Source: Candidatus Latescibacterota bacterium (GTDB taxonomy: Bacteria; Latescibacterota; UBA2968; GCA-2709665). Taken from it: DNA of 64,000 bases. The notes below the pieces were generated by a model. That model saw nothing but the letters and a program-made list of their open reading frames with translations. It had not been told where the DNA came from and ran no database searches. The DNA lies in contig OZ250150.1 of the NCBI GenBank assembly GCA_965237675.1, positions 1,920,001-1,984,000 on the forward strand, given 5' to 3'. This document shows, one piece after another, positions 63,401 through 64,000 of the stretch (the first letter of the stretch is position 1; the number at the start of each line of letters is the position of its first letter). Both the position numbers and the translations under genes were made by a program.

Positions 63401-63589
63401 GCAACCACAAAGGCCAGTCGCAAGGTCGCGTTGCTAACGGTAATCTGGCCGGAAACGCGTGATACCGCGGCGCCCGAGTGTCGATGGGATGGCGAGCGGC
63501 TGGCGGTTCGCCGGCCGGACGGCGTGAAGGACGAATTGGTATTCGGGCGGGAGAATTCCGATATACGATTTCTGCGCGTCGAGGCATAA
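60422..63589 (+). CDS. Heparinase II/III-like polysaccharide lyase with N-terminal accessory domains
   Basis: GWTARLTVPW (CBM9-like); DGSWPESVNYW; FNDG; GHTSLDLN; TTLVDGKPQ; YLVVVDE. Start placed at GTG 60422, after the upstream stop. Confidence 0.72.
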   Translation: MSELKRELEIELERKDLWPAGREPTALGELVRMEIVKHIWDSRHSSKLTGFEYAKRRGTRNMMDPVRPLLDQPRGRTRVFACWIADALTVSAACEGRTDGEDRVVVTVLSGGDSLLQFECMSDGTVRLPEGAGRVTFDVEPGENGWTARLTVPWAMLGVRPRPGLQLPLNVARFTDWTDTPPPAMLPDGFLVNGLGRVTPGLEVSTLSRAVRYPTTGDPVRADRLGRLALSPPLVIQDLRLRDVGLTQKALQMNLRPAGTPPESLDVRVVLADPYGKKTVFVDRIHGTGEVRMRLDYMFSAFRGFLYPYRLTIALSDPETGAPLTDEVCEFLPSRRVRLDPLRLGNDQRGTGRFRLAGDGLADTRWQVSLVNDAGEALDRGRVMADSDEVAFEVSIGEVPRGRYRLRLAPVGLTPACHLECPCNVMGARARPLVLLGREDVARLRVQAKAAGLKPHYLVMKAGVDEVLERGTILERSLTPGGTEVREIVLDDLQAGENLLMQGHAEDTLFQRDPHQMMAAALVYLIERDERYGMLAKKMVQVLAEHVLWGDPRVYGADPDLMWKAMYCGLAMDWLGDLFTPDERRAVRDRLVENGLQVYLWAMENDQAYWKGRIANLTPISDSVASALALCLRDEVLDAEDVLRMAREDIGTPMRAFPPDGSWPESVNYWGVFLRGVILHGMAMQSATGTDDGVFSLPGMRDTGYFPVYFTPRGVPAGFNDGMNKGAAPFLHLLARRYNEPLFSLYADAYGGEGENRRSDWYTVMWRSPEIPYQPPAPRTAVGDRPAPAPLGAKLAGLKRLRVYEEIRWAALASDWPDPALYASFKSGYAVPGFGHTSLDLNAIQVVAGGEPLIRRSHDYSTPPEGYSTTLVDGKPQGPGTGTFLYWEEASRHLAIAAEADRSFGEGVRRVRRHLVMVDGRYLVVVDEAWADRPVRMTFMAHTTGEIVTDAGRCEIRGKKTRLSLVFAGSAVTTDCVPPPDCVMGQLTDRALHATTKASRKVALLTVIWPETRDTAAPECRWDGERLAVRRPDGVKDELVFGRENSDIRFLRVEA

Positions 63590-63620
63590 ACCGGTGCGAA
63601 GCGCGTCTCCCGCCTGGTGA

Positions 63621-64000
<380 letters not shown>

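Overview
GC-rich bacterial DNA. Gene content (expanded GWxTD-TPR proteins, a DUF6785/DUF6784-type membrane protein, Gfo/Idh/MocA and heparinase-like genes) suggests an FCB-group lineage such as Latescibacterota; this is inference only. Four blocks. (1) 1-33.4 kb, nearly all minus strand: five secreted TPR-GWxTD paralogs (one frameshifted) plus a truncated sixth, interleaved with beta-propeller lipoproteins. The array sits behind a near-consensus sigma54 promoter with candidate IHF and enhancer sites, directly downstream of a 1628-aa Ser/Thr kinase-ATPase-TPR-GAF-sigma54 activator fusion. The block also holds an orphan peptide-binding protein and a phosphoesterase pseudogene hit by adjoining IS1380 and IS630 insertions. 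(2) 33.9-39.8 kb: housekeeping and catabolic genes. (3) 40.3-50 kb: a more AT-rich island encoding HlyD (split by a 213-bp MITE-like insert), an ABC exporter, a 138-aa candidate substrate with a CLI_3235-like leader, a CAAX protease, a TPR protein and an S8 protease fused to a TIGR04066/DUF1611-like domain, followed by gene debris. (4) 50-64 kb: split aconitase X, GNAT, a carbohydrate/organic-acid catabolic cluster and the start of monomeric isocitrate dehydrogenase. No rRNA, tRNA or CRISPR array was seen. All family assignments are by eye from motifs; no searches were run.
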